Below are positions 1 to 12,027 of a stretch of 64,000 nt of DNA, one piece after another. Below the pieces are notes generated by a model that did no database searches, had not been told where the DNA came from, and worked only from the letters and a program-made list of their open reading frames with translations. Where the stretch lies: assembly GCA_964016885.1 (NCBI GenBank), contig CAXHJY010000830.1:196844-260843 (forward strand), read 5' to 3'. Position numbers and translations under genes: made by a program. The stretch comes from Eledone cirrhosa. Lineage: Eukaryota. Positions within the stretch are counted from its first letter, which is position 1. Every line of letters begins with the position of its first letter.

Positions 1-84
1 TATGTGAGATAATTATGCGAGATAAAGCCTTTACCATGAAAATATAATAATATATATAGAATAATGTGAATGCTAAAGGGTTAA
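1..84 (-). mobile_element. End of a piggyBac-like MITE (second copy, runs off the window start)
   Basis: Diverged reverse complement of 3546-3630; ends in ...GCTAAAGGG followed by TTAA (81-84). Confidence 0.65.
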
Positions 85-1066
85 GAAGACCCCCCCCAAA
101 AAAAAAAAAAATCACACTTAATCCTGAAGACATACTTGAAATCAATTTCAGTTAAAGTTATGTTACAGAATACTTTTATTAAGAATAGATTAATTTGCAA
201 GAGCTCCATTTAATAACATTTAAATTTGCTGACAGAAGACAAATTTTCTCTAAAGTTTTATGAATAAACCATCCCATTGAAACACTAGCCAAGTCCAGTT
301 TATCCGACAGTGAATATGATACCAAACCAATTTCAAAATTAGCATGTAATTGATTTATAACGCATTTCCCAAAAGCTTACATAATCGGAAATAAGACATA
401 AATCAGGGATAAACTTTGGCAGTATCGGTCAAGAAAGCCAGTGTTTAGCTTCATTAAAGATATAACTTAATGGTAACCCTAACCCCTGCTCTGTATGTCT
501 CGTAGCAGAGTTTCAAAATCATTCATTCGTAACTGCTTACAGCATTAACAAACCATCCCTTTTGAAATTTGTTCAGAATTTCTTCAATGAAGGAAACTGC
601 TTAGATTTCAATTGATAATATATCTAATTCTATCTGCTCTGCATACCTCCAATATTCTAAGTAACCTGGCTTTTCAAACGAGATTGCATCACAACTGTAT
701 TAAATGTAATGATCATGCATAAAGACCAAAAAATATTTAAGCCATGAGCATTACTGGTACCCAATTATTGGTCATTAATTTTTTTTTTTCTTTTGGATTC
801 AATTATATGTAATTTTCAGAGTATGTTTGCACATGTTCACTTCAAGTATCCTTGTCCTTGTAATACATTCATACAGAAATGTCTGCATGTCCTGATTTAT
901 TTTGGCTAACACTATCACATTTTCAAGGAATGTCATTCTTAGAACCTCCATTTGCCACTCATTATGTTGCTGCTTTCATGTAAAGACTTAATTATTCATA
1001 CATGCTTCTTTAAGATACTAAATGATAGAAATGCATTTCATTATATCCAAGATTATATGAAGGAAT

Positions 1067-1185
1067 GAAGGCACTTGGCCTCGTCATTAGGACATTAGAT
1101 TCACAATGATGAGGTTGTTGCTTTGATTACTTGACTGGACAGAGGATCGTGTTCTTGATTAAGATGTTTGGTTTACATTGCTTTT
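1067..1185 (+). mobile_element. Highly decayed tRNA-derived CORE-like SINE head
   Basis: Loose similarity (gaaggcacttggcctcg...gtgttcttgattaagatg...acattgct) to the head of the SINE at 38129-38476. Confidence 0.4.
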
Positions 1186-1622
1186 CATGACAGCACTGGG
1201 AGCCCAATCTTTTAAGCACACAGGAAACTTCCTATGAGATAGAATCTCGTAATCACTGCATAGGTGTGATCTGAAATAACATTTTTTTTTTCCATTTCAT
1301 TATGTGCAGGAGATACATATCAGCAATAGACTATTATTCAAACATTTTGTAGTAGCTTACAAACAATGAACACCCAAACTGCTTCAATGTTTATATTCAA
1401 CTTCAAGTTGTGGGGAACTCTTGTTTCTATACTAAGATTGAACAGCATGCCAGACTAAATGAGAAAACATATTGCAGGTGTCATGTTAGGGTGTACAGCA
1501 GAGAAATTATATTCTTTCCTCATGAGAACAAAAAACACTAAACAGAGCTACTTTAGGCCAATAAGTAAGGTCATATGACATTAGTTAGAAACCATGTAAT
1601 GTTCTGACACTAAAATGGTTCT

Positions 1623-3373
1623 CATCATCATCATCATCATCACCGTTTTACGTCCGTTCTTCCACGCTAGCATGGGTTAGACGGGTTGTCCTGTTGTGGG
1701 CAGTGTCTGGTCGGCTGACCATGCCTTGGTCATACAGGAACTGATCTGGCTTGATTTCTACAGCTGGATGCCCTTCCTAACACCAACCTCATTTACAGTG
1801 GGTGCTGGGTGCTTTTTCGTGGCGCCTACACGTCCACTTTACAGTGTGGGCTGGGTGCTTTTTTGCCGTGGCACCTCCACGACCACCTTGCGGTGGGGGG
1901 GGGGCATATTGTTTATATGCTTCAGCATGTACCCATGGGAGGTCGGGTACCCTGTATTACTGTGTGACGCCATAAGTCACGGTCGTGTGTCATTGACTTT
2001 GAGAGGTGTAGTTGGGTAAGGTCGGCTTTTATCACCTCATCCCAAGTCATCTTGGGTCTCCCCACTCCGCGGTTTCCATCAACTTCTAGTGCTCTGCACC
2101 TTTTTATGCAGCTGTCATCCTTCATACGCATCACATGTCCATACCAGCGTAACCGCCTCTCCTGCACGCAGCATTTGATTCCTCTTATGCTCAGTCTCTC
2201 TCTCAATTCATTTATGCTTTGTCGTTCACGTATATTACTGTTACACATCCATCGGAGCATGCAGGCTTCATTTCTCTCTAATCTACGTAAGTCTTCCACC
2301 TTCAGCGCCCAGGTCTCACTACCATGCAACATCGCTGTTCGGATACACGCATCATACAGTCTGCCTTTCATTCTGAGGGAGAAGCCTTTTGCAGCTAGCA
2401 GTGGTAGTAGTTCCCTAAACTTCTTCCATCCCGTTCTTACCCTAGTTATTGTACTTTCTGAGCACCCACCTCCGTTGCTAATTCGGTCACCTAGGTAGCA
2501 GAAGCTGTCTACTGTTTCTACAGGGCCCTCCCAGAGATTGGTGGTACTTGTTTCCTGTGGCTGTTTGCTTGCTGTTTCAGCACAGCTGCTGCATGTGAAT
2601 CCTACATTCTTAATTAAGCTTCCTGAGATCCCGCTACATCTCTTGTGTACCCATTGTTTGCATTTGGGGCAAAGAATGGAGTTCCTACCTACACCTTTCC
2701 TACATACTGAGCAAGGCCATTTCCCTGAGGGGATCTGGGTTCTGTTTTCTCGTCTACTTATAAGGACCTTAGTCTTTGTCATGTTGACTTTGAGGCCCTT
2801 TCTCTCTAGTCCCTGCTTCCAGGTTTGGAATTTATTCTCTAGTTCTACCATAGATTCAGCTATGAGTGCGAGGTCATCAGCATACAGGAGTTCCCATGGG
2901 CATCCGGTCTTAAACTCCTCCGTTATTGCCTGCAGGACTATGATGAACAGGAGAGGGCTAAGAACAGAGCCCTGGTGGACCCCAACCTGTACGCTAAATT
3001 CCTCGCTATACTCATTGCCAATCCTAACTTTGCTGACTGCTCCCCTATACATGGCTTGTACCGCTTTCACAAGCCATTCATCTACTCCTAGTTTTCTAAG
3101 AGCCCACCAGATTACTGCACGTGGAACTCTGTCAAAGGCTTTCTCAAGGTCGACAAATGCCAAGTAGAGTGGCTTACTTTTAGCTAGGTACTTTTCCTGT
3201 AATTGCCTCACAAGGAAGAGCGCATCAGTGGTGCCTTTCCCTGGTACAAACCCAAATTGCATCTCGTCTATATTCACCCGGTCTCTAATCAGCTGTGCTA
3301 TAACTCTTTCTGTTACTTTCATGTGCATCTCGTCTATATTCACCCGGTCCCTATATTCACCCGGTCTCTTCAT
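1623..3373 (-). mobile_element. Young 5'-truncated RTE-clade LINE (family A) with 3' UTR and (GAT)n tail
   Basis: Uninterrupted RT ORF at 1922-3373, 3' UTR at 1643-1921 and (CAT)n at 1623-1642 on the plus strand. The 3' UTR is near-identical to those at 43924-44280 and 59968-60264. Confidence 0.95.
1922..3373 (-). CDS. RTE ORF fragment: reverse transcriptase with internal PHD-type zinc finger and RTE C-terminus
   Basis: Motifs [54 protein letters not shown]; C4-H-C3 insert CSVC-x9-CPKC-x4-H-xx-C-x14-CSSC. Confidence 0.9.
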   Translation of the reverse strand: MKRPGEYRDRVNIDEMHMKVTERVIAQLIRDRVNIDEMQFGFVPGKGTTDALFLVRQLQEKYLAKSKPLYLAFVDLEKAFDRVPRAVIWWALRKLGVDEWLVKAVQAMYRGAVSKVRIGNEYSEEFSVQVGVHQGSVLSPLLFIIVLQAITEEFKTGCPWELLYADDLALIAESMVELENKFQTWKQGLERKGLKVNMTKTKVLISRRENRTQIPSGKWPCSVCRKGVGRNSILCPKCKQWVHKRCSGISGSLIKNVGFTCSSCAETASKQPQETSTTNLWEGPVETVDSFCYLGDRISNGGGCSESTITRVRTGWKKFRELLPLLAAKGFSLRMKGRLYDACIRTAMLHGSETWALKVEDLRRLERNEACMLRWMCNSNIRERQSINELRERLSIRGIKCCVQERRLRWYGHVMRMKDDSCIKRCRALEVDGNRGVGRPKMTWDEVIKADLTQLHLSKSMTHDRDLWRHTVIQGTRPPMGTC

Positions 3374-3545
3374 ATTAAATCAATGAATTGTTTAGAATAT
3401 ATCACCAAGGAATATATATAACAATTCTAAAATGGCTTCCTAATTACAAATAGAAACTGATACATACAAGTTTTTCTGTAAATGAATATTGAAACTAATG
3501 AATACAACAATACCTGAACAGAACATTTAATTCATAGAAAAGTAT

Positions 3546-3763
3546 TTAACCTTTTAGCATTTACATTACTCTATATATACTATTATATTTTCATGGCAAA
3601 GGCTTTACCTCGCATAATTATCTCACATAATATCGAATCTATGAGATTTTGAAAGTATTTATTTTGAGAACAATACCTTAACATGAGTTTGAGCGACGGG
3701 TTACAGCCAGTTTCAACAGTAAGAGGTAGAGAATTCTGGCTGGTTTGAACATTAAAGGGTTAA
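3546..3763 (+). mobile_element. piggyBac-like non-autonomous element (about 210 bp)
   Basis: TTAA at 3546-3549 and 3760-3763 flanks termini CCTTTTAG...TAAAGGG; a second copy lies at 1-84. Confidence 0.7.
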
Positions 3764-5034
3764 AATGGAATAGTTGGAGAACTTGTAAGTTAAAATAGTA
3801 TACTGAAAAGGAAACTTTCCTCCACAAAAATGCAATCAAATTACTTCCAGAATGAATGGTCAGAATTAGCAGATGTCCAGTCATTATACTGATTACATAG
3901 GCAATATAAGACAGATAAAGTTTTCAGATAGGAATATTAGCTTTTATTAAATGTTCTAAGATTATACAAAATGTTGTCCCTAAGTATGAATACGTGATGC
4001 ATGCCACCCTCTCATCTATCCAGTTCATTGAACCATACTGCCTATGTAACTAAAGTTGGTATATAATAAGTATACATTCAATCTCTCGATCAACTACTAT
4101 CAGCTCTCTAACACTCCACCTCTTTTCCATAACAATGCTAGTGTAACAAGGGATGACATCGATCTGTTCATATTCAGCACCCACCATCATCCTCCTTTAT
4201 CTTCATACTTATCCATATGACCCTTAGTTAACATTTATTACCATCACAAATCTTTGTTGAATTTCATCACTCATTCTCCTATGACAGATCTTTATTGCTA
4301 TCCCATCATGCTGCTCATAGTTTTTTTGATTCAACCAACTACCAACAACTAGCACGTAGCTCTCATCATCTATATTCCATAACTCCTATCACACTTTTCC
4401 ACATCAAGCTCATACATTATTCTATACTCTCTAGGTCATCACTCCTTTTCTATTAATACCATCAGTTATGCTTGCCTTGAAAGAACAAAGACTATATAAA
4501 AACGTCTTGTTAGTCTTGTAGCAGACAAAGCTATCTCCATCTAATTGGTGCAACAATAAAATGCATCTAGTACACCCTAGAAAGTGTGTGGCAATAAAAC
4601 TGGTAATGTGTAGTAGAAATGACTATTTAGCTGTGACAAGAACATGAGAACTTCTCTAGTGCTAAAGTCATGATAAAATTAACCTATTACACTCTGTAAA
4701 TTAGCTGATGTGACAAATGGAACATTCAAGTCAGATATGGTTCTCTTACTCCAAATGAAATCTCACTCATTAAACATATGCCAACATAAAAATTGGACAT
4801 TAAATGATAATGATATTCAGTTTAGTTCAGTCAATACACTTTTCATAACAACCAACCCTTCCTTGTCCTAAAATCAAGCAGTACACAAATGCAAATTAGA
4901 TATTTTCTGACAGTCCACATTGTAATCACACTTCCAATATCATGCATACTGTACATCTACTTAAAACAAGTTTTTCCTACACTACAATTAATTAACATTT
5001 CAAGTTAAAGCTCCTTATCAGAAAAAGAACAAGA

Positions 5035-5298
5035 GACAGTGTTGTGAGCCCACTACAATAATTTATTTTTCACCCAGGCCACACTGTAAAGTGATCGTAT
5101 TGGTACCACTACAAAAAGCACCCAGCCCTCACTGTAAATGTGGTTGGTGTAAGGATGGACACCTAGCCATAGAACCCAAGCCAGAAGCAGTTCTGTATGA
5201 GCAAGACATGGTCACCTGACCTGATTTGCCTCAAATGGGACAACTCCACTAACCCATGCTAGCATAGAAAATAGATTTTAAACAATGATGATGATGAT
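5035..5298 (+). mobile_element. Older RTE 3' UTR fragment with (GAT)n tail
   Basis: aaaaagcacccagccctcactgtaaatgtggttgg...aacccatgctagcat...gatgatgat matches the family A/B 3' UTR. Confidence 0.75.
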
Positions 5299-6040
5299 TA
5301 ACTCTTCATACAGCAAAGCAACATATAGCTGCTCTTTTGTTTATACATCCTAACCATAATTCATCACTTGACTACATACTTTTAATAACTATTCTTCTTC
5401 ACAACCAGTACCCACTGCTACTATCCAATTGATACTTAAGGTTATCATTTAAAACTCCAGATACACTTTACAATACTCATGAAATATTTGACAGTATTAT
5501 TTCCATGCAAAAGTCTTAATGGTTTCCAAGCACCTGAGACACAGAATGACAGGAAATCACTTGTGAAAAAGGAAAAGAAAAGATTAACACTAAACAAAAA
5601 TTTGGAAATGTAGAAAAACAAATATATGGATAAAAGTGAAATAGATGAATGAAATAGATCTCACTTAGTTGATCGAAATTTATATGTAAGAAGCAAGTGC
5701 AGGATTTCATGGAAAAATTTACCAAAACGTGATGAGCTAGCTCAAAATAAAAACAAAACTATAGCAGAAAAGAACTCTAACATGCAATGTTATAAGAAAT
5801 ACATGAATAACGCGACTCAGCTATGGAATAAGGAAGTGGGTGAGTTAGATCTCTTACATCACTTTAATCAGCTTGAAGAAGATTGACAGACAGTTATTGA
5901 ACATCATTTGAGATAGGTAAATATGTATTCAACCACAATGTATGTCTATTGTCATACAGCTGTTTTCAATTATGGTATGATCTCTGTTTAAGATGTAGCA
6001 AATGTAGTTACATATATAATTACATAAACAGTTGATGTTT

Positions 6041-6220
6041 TGGCAGTATCGGTAGAGGGTCGGACGCCATGCTTTCCAGCATAGTTACGTCCCTTTACGA
6101 TCTGAGTTCAAATCCCGCCGAGGTTGACTTTGCCTTTCATCCTTACGGGGTCGATAAAATAAAGTACCAGTAATGCACTGGGTAATTGCTGGCCTTGTGC
6201 CTAAAGTAGAAACAGTTATT
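6041..6220 (+). mobile_element. tRNA-derived SINE (family S1)
   Basis: A-box-like TGGCAGTATCGG, B-box-like GAGTTCAAATCCC, central tttgcctttcatccttacggggtcgataaaataaagtaccag; near-identical copies at 24383, 24571, 25075 and 34074. Confidence 0.85.
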
Positions 6221-6903
6221 AGCATGTAAACTAAAATTTGCTACATGATGAAATTTCTTTAAATTTTATATTATCACCAATCTTCTGGATACATTTATCA
6301 AAGTGGGAATGGAAAACTGTTGAAGTACCAATTCTTATTTTTATCAAAATTTGTACATTTTTGTTGTTTATCTCTAATCTAACAATATTTTTTTTCACAT
6401 AAAAAAGGAACAACATTCATTTGAGTTTTTCTTCTTTTTCTTTTTGGTGGTGGTGGGGGGGGGGGGGTTCTAAAGTACTGACTGCTCAATTCTGTAACAA
6501 TCTTTTTTAAAATATTAGTGATAGTTTCACATTCTAGATTCCTGTATACTGTATCAATATATTCATAAAGTTATGTAATGTTTTTGAAATAACACGATCT
6601 GGACACATATGTCTGGGAAAGATTTTGAAAGGAATCTCTTCAAGGTTTGTTGCTGGTTAATTTGGCCATGTTGCAATAATAGTCAAAGTAGTGGTGTAAC
6701 ATTTGCTCTCAGTACCCAGGAGCAGAGACACTTTTGATACCACTACAATTAATAGCTAAAGGCAATTTTGCAATTGGGGGCAACTTACCCCCCACCACCT
6801 GCTCATCCTTAAAATTAAATTGGAAGGTGAGGATCAAACAATAACACAATATAACTTTCCACATATGATCAACACACTCAATTCTGATGAAACCTACAAT
6901 AAT

Positions 6904-7035
6904 TGGCAGAGTGATTAGGGTGTCAGATTTAAATAACTTGCAGCATTTGTTCCACTTCTCTGTGTTCAGGGTTTAACTTCTGCAGTGACCAATTTTGCCT
7001 TTCATTCTTTTGGGTTCAATAAATACAATACCAAA
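6904..7035 (+). mobile_element. Decayed S1-related SINE
   Basis: tggcagagtgattagg...ttttgcctttcattcttttggg...aataaatac; similar decayed copies near 9337-9470, 16360-16470 and 19427-19555. Confidence 0.55.
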
Positions 7036-9479
7036 AACATGGCAAATAGTGTGTTTTGTGTATCAGTTCCAGTGATATGTGAATTGAGTTTAAGCGCCAC
7101 CACCTGTCACTGGAAAACTGTTGACAATATGGAAGTGTGCTTCCTATCATTAAAACGCCTAAGAAATGACTTGTGACGTAAAAATTCCATAAGAAGCCAG
7201 ATACACCTGTGTAGGTGTGAGCTATAACAACAAAATCAACCAACATATGCCAGGTCAACAACTGACATGTATCATTGTTTAATACATACAATAAATTATT
7301 AAATCTGTAAAAAGGTTTGTGTATATTTGGTAAAACACTTGCTACTCTTCCATTCTCATTCTATATGCAAAAATTTGATTATACAAAGCTAGAAATGTAA
7401 CTGTGGCTGGATTGCATTTTTCAAAATTATTTCACATCATTTATCATTTAAATCAGGAAAAAGATTTGGCTCTCATACTTTAGCTACAAAGAAAATTAAT
7501 TCATTATAAACTCAGAGGAGACGGGGGCAGGTGACAGTAATGAGATTTCAAATTGGATTTTCTCCAGTATTTATGAAACAAAGTTAAAACTGTGTGTCAA
7601 AAGTTGAGAGAACAAAAATGCTAATCTAGAAAATATCTAAAAAGTTATCATATAATATTCAAGGGGCAGATAAATATTTCCAAATATAGCAAAAATGGAT
7701 TAGGGAAATCAGACAAACAAAAAGAAATTAACGAGTAATTTCAAACAATACAGCACTGATTTGGAATACTTCCAGGAACTGTGAAAAGAGACAGGCCAGA
7801 AACTGGTAGTCCTAAGAGTGGAATTACAATCCACTGACCATTAAAATGTAATTGAACTTTGACCAAAACACCTCCTTCAGATCGTACATTATTGAGAAAA
7901 GCTTCAGTCAATGGATACAAGAATAATTTTGTGGAAAGTGATCTTTATCAGCAACTAATAAGAATCATTTATATTTTCTTTCTTTAATACAAATATTGAT
8001 GAAAACACAAATATCAATTAAGATGTAAATTTAGGAAAATAAATTGAAAAAGCAATGAACAAAACAAATTCAATTAGATATCTGAATAGCTGAGGCAAAC
8101 CTTAATATTCTAGTAATTAGGTGTTTATTTCTATCTCTCAGACAGTCGCTATATTTCATTAGCTATTTAAGGAGTACGAGCGTATTATTTTATGTTGGCA
8201 CATTAAAATCATTATTATCCTCATCATTTTATGCCTGCTCTCTATATTGGCATGGGTTGGAAATGTAATCATAATCCAAGTAACTCCTTATTCACAATTA
8301 CTGCCCCTCCAAATGGGTCGGAGCACTATACCATTCGTGAACACAACATGGTTGCTATGGTTACACACTCATCTTAACAAAAAGCACTTTACATCATGTA
8401 CTGTATGCATTTTAATGACACCACTACTAGAGAGGTTGCCTTGTTTCCAGAAATATAAAACAGTCATCTATACAAATTCTTCCAAAGCAAATACAATCAT
8501 GAGTGGGAATAGATCGAGAGTGATGACTAAGTGAGTAAAAGATGAAAAATTATAAGCATGACTGGGGAACATTGGGATATGATATGATATAAAACTATTC
8601 CATTTCCCCAACCAAAACAGCTTTTAAATCATTATTAATATGTAATTTTATTCATATGATTTTTAAGTCTTGTTTCTGGAGGAATTGCAACCATTTTATA
8701 TGATAAAACATATACATTAACCATATGGATCAAAAGTTTACTTCCATATTTTTTTAAACAGAATTATTCATTGAATATTATTTTAACTTGAAAGAGAAAG
8801 CAGCAACAAAAAATAAACGTATCTGTGAATATGTGTGCAAGTGTATATATATATATAATGGGTATATAAAGCAAAGTGATATTTGACTTCAACTGGGACC
8901 AATAGACTCACATTAAAAAACTATAGATCTATTGTAATACATGTGATAAAGATAACCAAACTCAAAGAATATAAACTGAAATTAGTTTTTGCCAATAGTA
9001 ATATGTTAGTTAATTACATTAAACAAAAAATAGTAAAATATGAGATAATAAATATGGAGATCTCACTAATATTATATATATAATGTAGATATATATATTA
9101 TGTAGATATATATCTCAAGTGTTTGTCAATAATATGTCAAAAAGAAACATTTATCAAATACATATGCAATTTGCTAAGTAATATATGATTATTAACCAAC
9201 ATAAAACAGCCCTAGGCAAGTGAATGAGAACATAATGTAGTAAGTTTTAAAGAATTTGAAAATTCACAGTTGCATAGTTATAAACTTGGACATACAGTTC
9301 TATTTACTTTCATCATATAATTATTTAGGACAATCAGGGTGGTTGGCTGATTTGTCAGAGCCTCAAATAAAATGCCTTGTGATATTATATCCCCTCTTTA
9401 CATTATGGTTTCAGCTTTTGACTTTCACCATTGGGGTTGATAAAATAAAATACTAGTCAGGTACTGGAGCTAATTTAAT

Positions 9480-9690
9480 TAACCGCTGATCTTTGCCAGC
9501 ATGCAGACATTGCAGTAGAGTTGAAATCTCTGCCCAACCATGGTACCTTTAGCTGCAGCCACTGAGGTCATGCCTGTCTGTTCTGCATTGGCCTAAACAG
9601 CTACAAGTGTTGATGCAGTCAACGTGGACCACCCCCTTCGCAAAGCTAGGCCATAGTGGTACTTTGACATGTGACCACAACACAGCACAA
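9480..9690 (+). mobile_element. Old RTE/BovB-like ORF C-terminal remnant
   Basis: Translates TFSCSH*GHACLFCIGLNSYKC, resembling the CxxCGRxCxSRIGLxSH terminal zinc finger of RTE-BovB-type LINEs. Confidence 0.45.
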
Positions 9691-10022
9691 CCCCCCCCAC
9701 ACACACACACACACATCCTATCATTCACTCAAACATACACACACAGTCAATAAAAGAAAACTTTATTAAAAGGAAGAATACAAAGAAAAATAAGATTAGT
9801 TTGAGAAAATAATCAATCAACTCTCCCCATTTCATTTAACATGGCCTTGCCATGTGGAAAAAAGAAATGATTATAAAAAACAGAATAAGTAAAAACAGTT
9901 CATATGAAATAGAAGTACAAGGCTAGGAAAGGTATTTAGAGAAGAAGAAAAATATAACTATACTTATCAAAAGTTCGATACCCTGTTTGAGTAACAATGC
10001 AGGAAAACTGTACATTAAATTG

Positions 10023-10062
10023 ACTCACCTGAAAAAAACAAAGTTAGAAAAGAGCGATTAGC
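10023..10062 (-). promoter_or_regulatory. Candidate recursive splice site (3' splice site abutting a 5' splice site)
   Basis: Minus strand reads ctaatcgctcttttctaactttgtttttttCAG|GTGAGT: branch-like CTAAC/CTAAT, pyrimidine tract, CAG, then a consensus donor. Junction at 10029/10028. Confidence 0.45.
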
Positions 10063-11554
10063 TTGTGTAACGAAATGTTGAATGGATTTAGCTGATGCAA
10101 TGAAAAAGGTATTACATAATGAAACAGTAAGATATTTAATGAAGACTTAAGAAGAAACTTCAACATACTTATAAACACTTAGCTTTTAAGAAAATATAAT
10201 CACTTGCAAATAAAATTAAAAAAAACAACGTAGGTGCCTTTGATGAAAGTGACCATTATTTATAGTTTTAAATGTAATGGTGTGTAAAGAGGCAACAAAA
10301 TAAAAGAGCTACCTATATAAAAGACAAAGTGGAAGAAAACTGATAATATAAAAGAGTTTGGTAGAATTTGAAGGTAAAAAATCTTAATAAAAGAAAGCTG
10401 ACATAGAAATGCAACCATCTAATTAAATATAAATAAATGCACAGTAAAGAAAAAAGAAAAAAACAAGTGCCAAAATGTTTACAATGGAAGTTGTGGGGAA
10501 AAGAGAGACGAAAACCGGGATATTGAGTTAGAAATAGAACACCAAACTATTTTTAAGCAAATACTGATTGTTATCAGTGCGGTTTGCTTTCTATAATTAA
10601 GCAACTTGCTTTCACAGGAGTACCGCAAATCAGTAAACATGTGACTGTCTGTGGAATAATTTTCTGGTAAAAACCTATCGTGAACCAAACAAAGCAGATT
10701 CAATTCTACTGCTGATAGCTGTTAGCTAAATTTACGGTGGATCCCAAATTTGATTCCATGGAATATCGAGAAATAATGAACATTTCGCTGATCTAATTAA
10801 CTAGTGTTACTAGCAGTTCACTAAATAAGTTTTATTTAATGATTTAATAATATATTACAATCAATCACCACTTTTAGTTCAGTAATCAACATATCCAAAT
10901 GAAAATGAATAAAATGAATTTTCTTGCTACTCATGGAGTTTTGTTCTTCTTTCAAATTATATTTTTAATTATCCAGCTGTAGAAACATTGTCAAAAAGAG
11001 ATAAGAGGACTCTTTAGTTATGCTGAGAACACAGCAGCCTTTCTATGATATTGGTGTGGACACAAGTACTCCCAATGCACTCTGTAGGGTAGTCGATGAT
11101 GGGAAGTATATCCACTCTTAGAACACTTGCCAAACAAAGGGTCAAGAGGACATTTCAGTTGTGTCAAAGATGTGACAACCTCCATAACGTTGGTGCCATG
11201 ATAAACTACATCTGTTCAGCCCTTGTTTGGGTACTAAATGATGATGATGATGATGATGATGAAGGGTCTTATCGGAATGCCTTGCTAAAGAATCTCCCTG
11301 TGCCTCTTGCCGTATCTGGGCACAATAAGAAGACTGCGGAATCTGCTACCCATGAAGAAATTGCCATTGGGTACCAGAGGACAAGGCTGATCTTCAGGCA
11401 TTTGCTGCCAGCACAGCCAAAGACCTAGGCTGTGTTCCCCCAAAGGGTGCTCTCAGCCTTAGTCGACCTGGTCCAAAACCCAGACTCATCAGGCTGTCTT
11501 TTTCGGACTTCGCTGAGGCAATTTCATATCATCTGGCCTCTGTTAAAGCTGGGC

Positions 11555-11898
11555 ATGAAAATTGGATTACCTTCCGAACACACACAGGCCTACCACCCCA
11601 TGTATGTCCAAAGCTACGTGCTGCAGCTTCCTTGAATCGGAACTCAGCACAACATGAAAGTTTTAGTCTGCGTGATAATAGGCAGATCTGGAGGTTTGTT
11701 AAGGCTGGTGAAACGTGGAAGAGAGCGTGAAAATTGTATTACCTTCCGAACACGCCCATGCATACCACCCCATGTACGTCCAAAGCTATGTGTTGCAGCT
11801 TCCTTGAATCGGAACTCAGCACAACATGAAAGTTTTAGTCTGCGTGATAATAGGCAGATCTGGAGGTTTGTTAAGGCTGGTGAAACGTGGAAGAGAGA
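11555..11898 (+). repeat. Tandem duplication of 172 bp inside the LINE ORF1 region
   Basis: tgaaaattg at 11556 and 11728; tccttgaatcgg ends at 11640 and 11812 (period 172). Confidence 0.92.
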
Positions 11899-12027
11899 TA
11901 CCAGCTGGTCTGAGTGTGCTCTACCCACAATAACTGGCAATGAAAAAACTGCAACAACTCTGGGTAACTAAACCAGAACAACCTGCCATCCTCTACACAC
12001 CATCATAAACTGCAAGCAGGGTACAAA

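Noticed and set aside
2052-3167. Plus-strand ORFs of 148 and 209 aa
   Set aside because: Antisense shadows of the RTE coding frame.
84-3546. Possible composite piggyBac element enclosing the RTE
   Set aside because: Both element bodies extend away from the enclosed DNA, so these are two separate copies in opposite orientation.
5515-5920. Purine-rich stretch that looks like a decayed coding sequence
   Set aside because: Frequent stops and no recognisable protein family.
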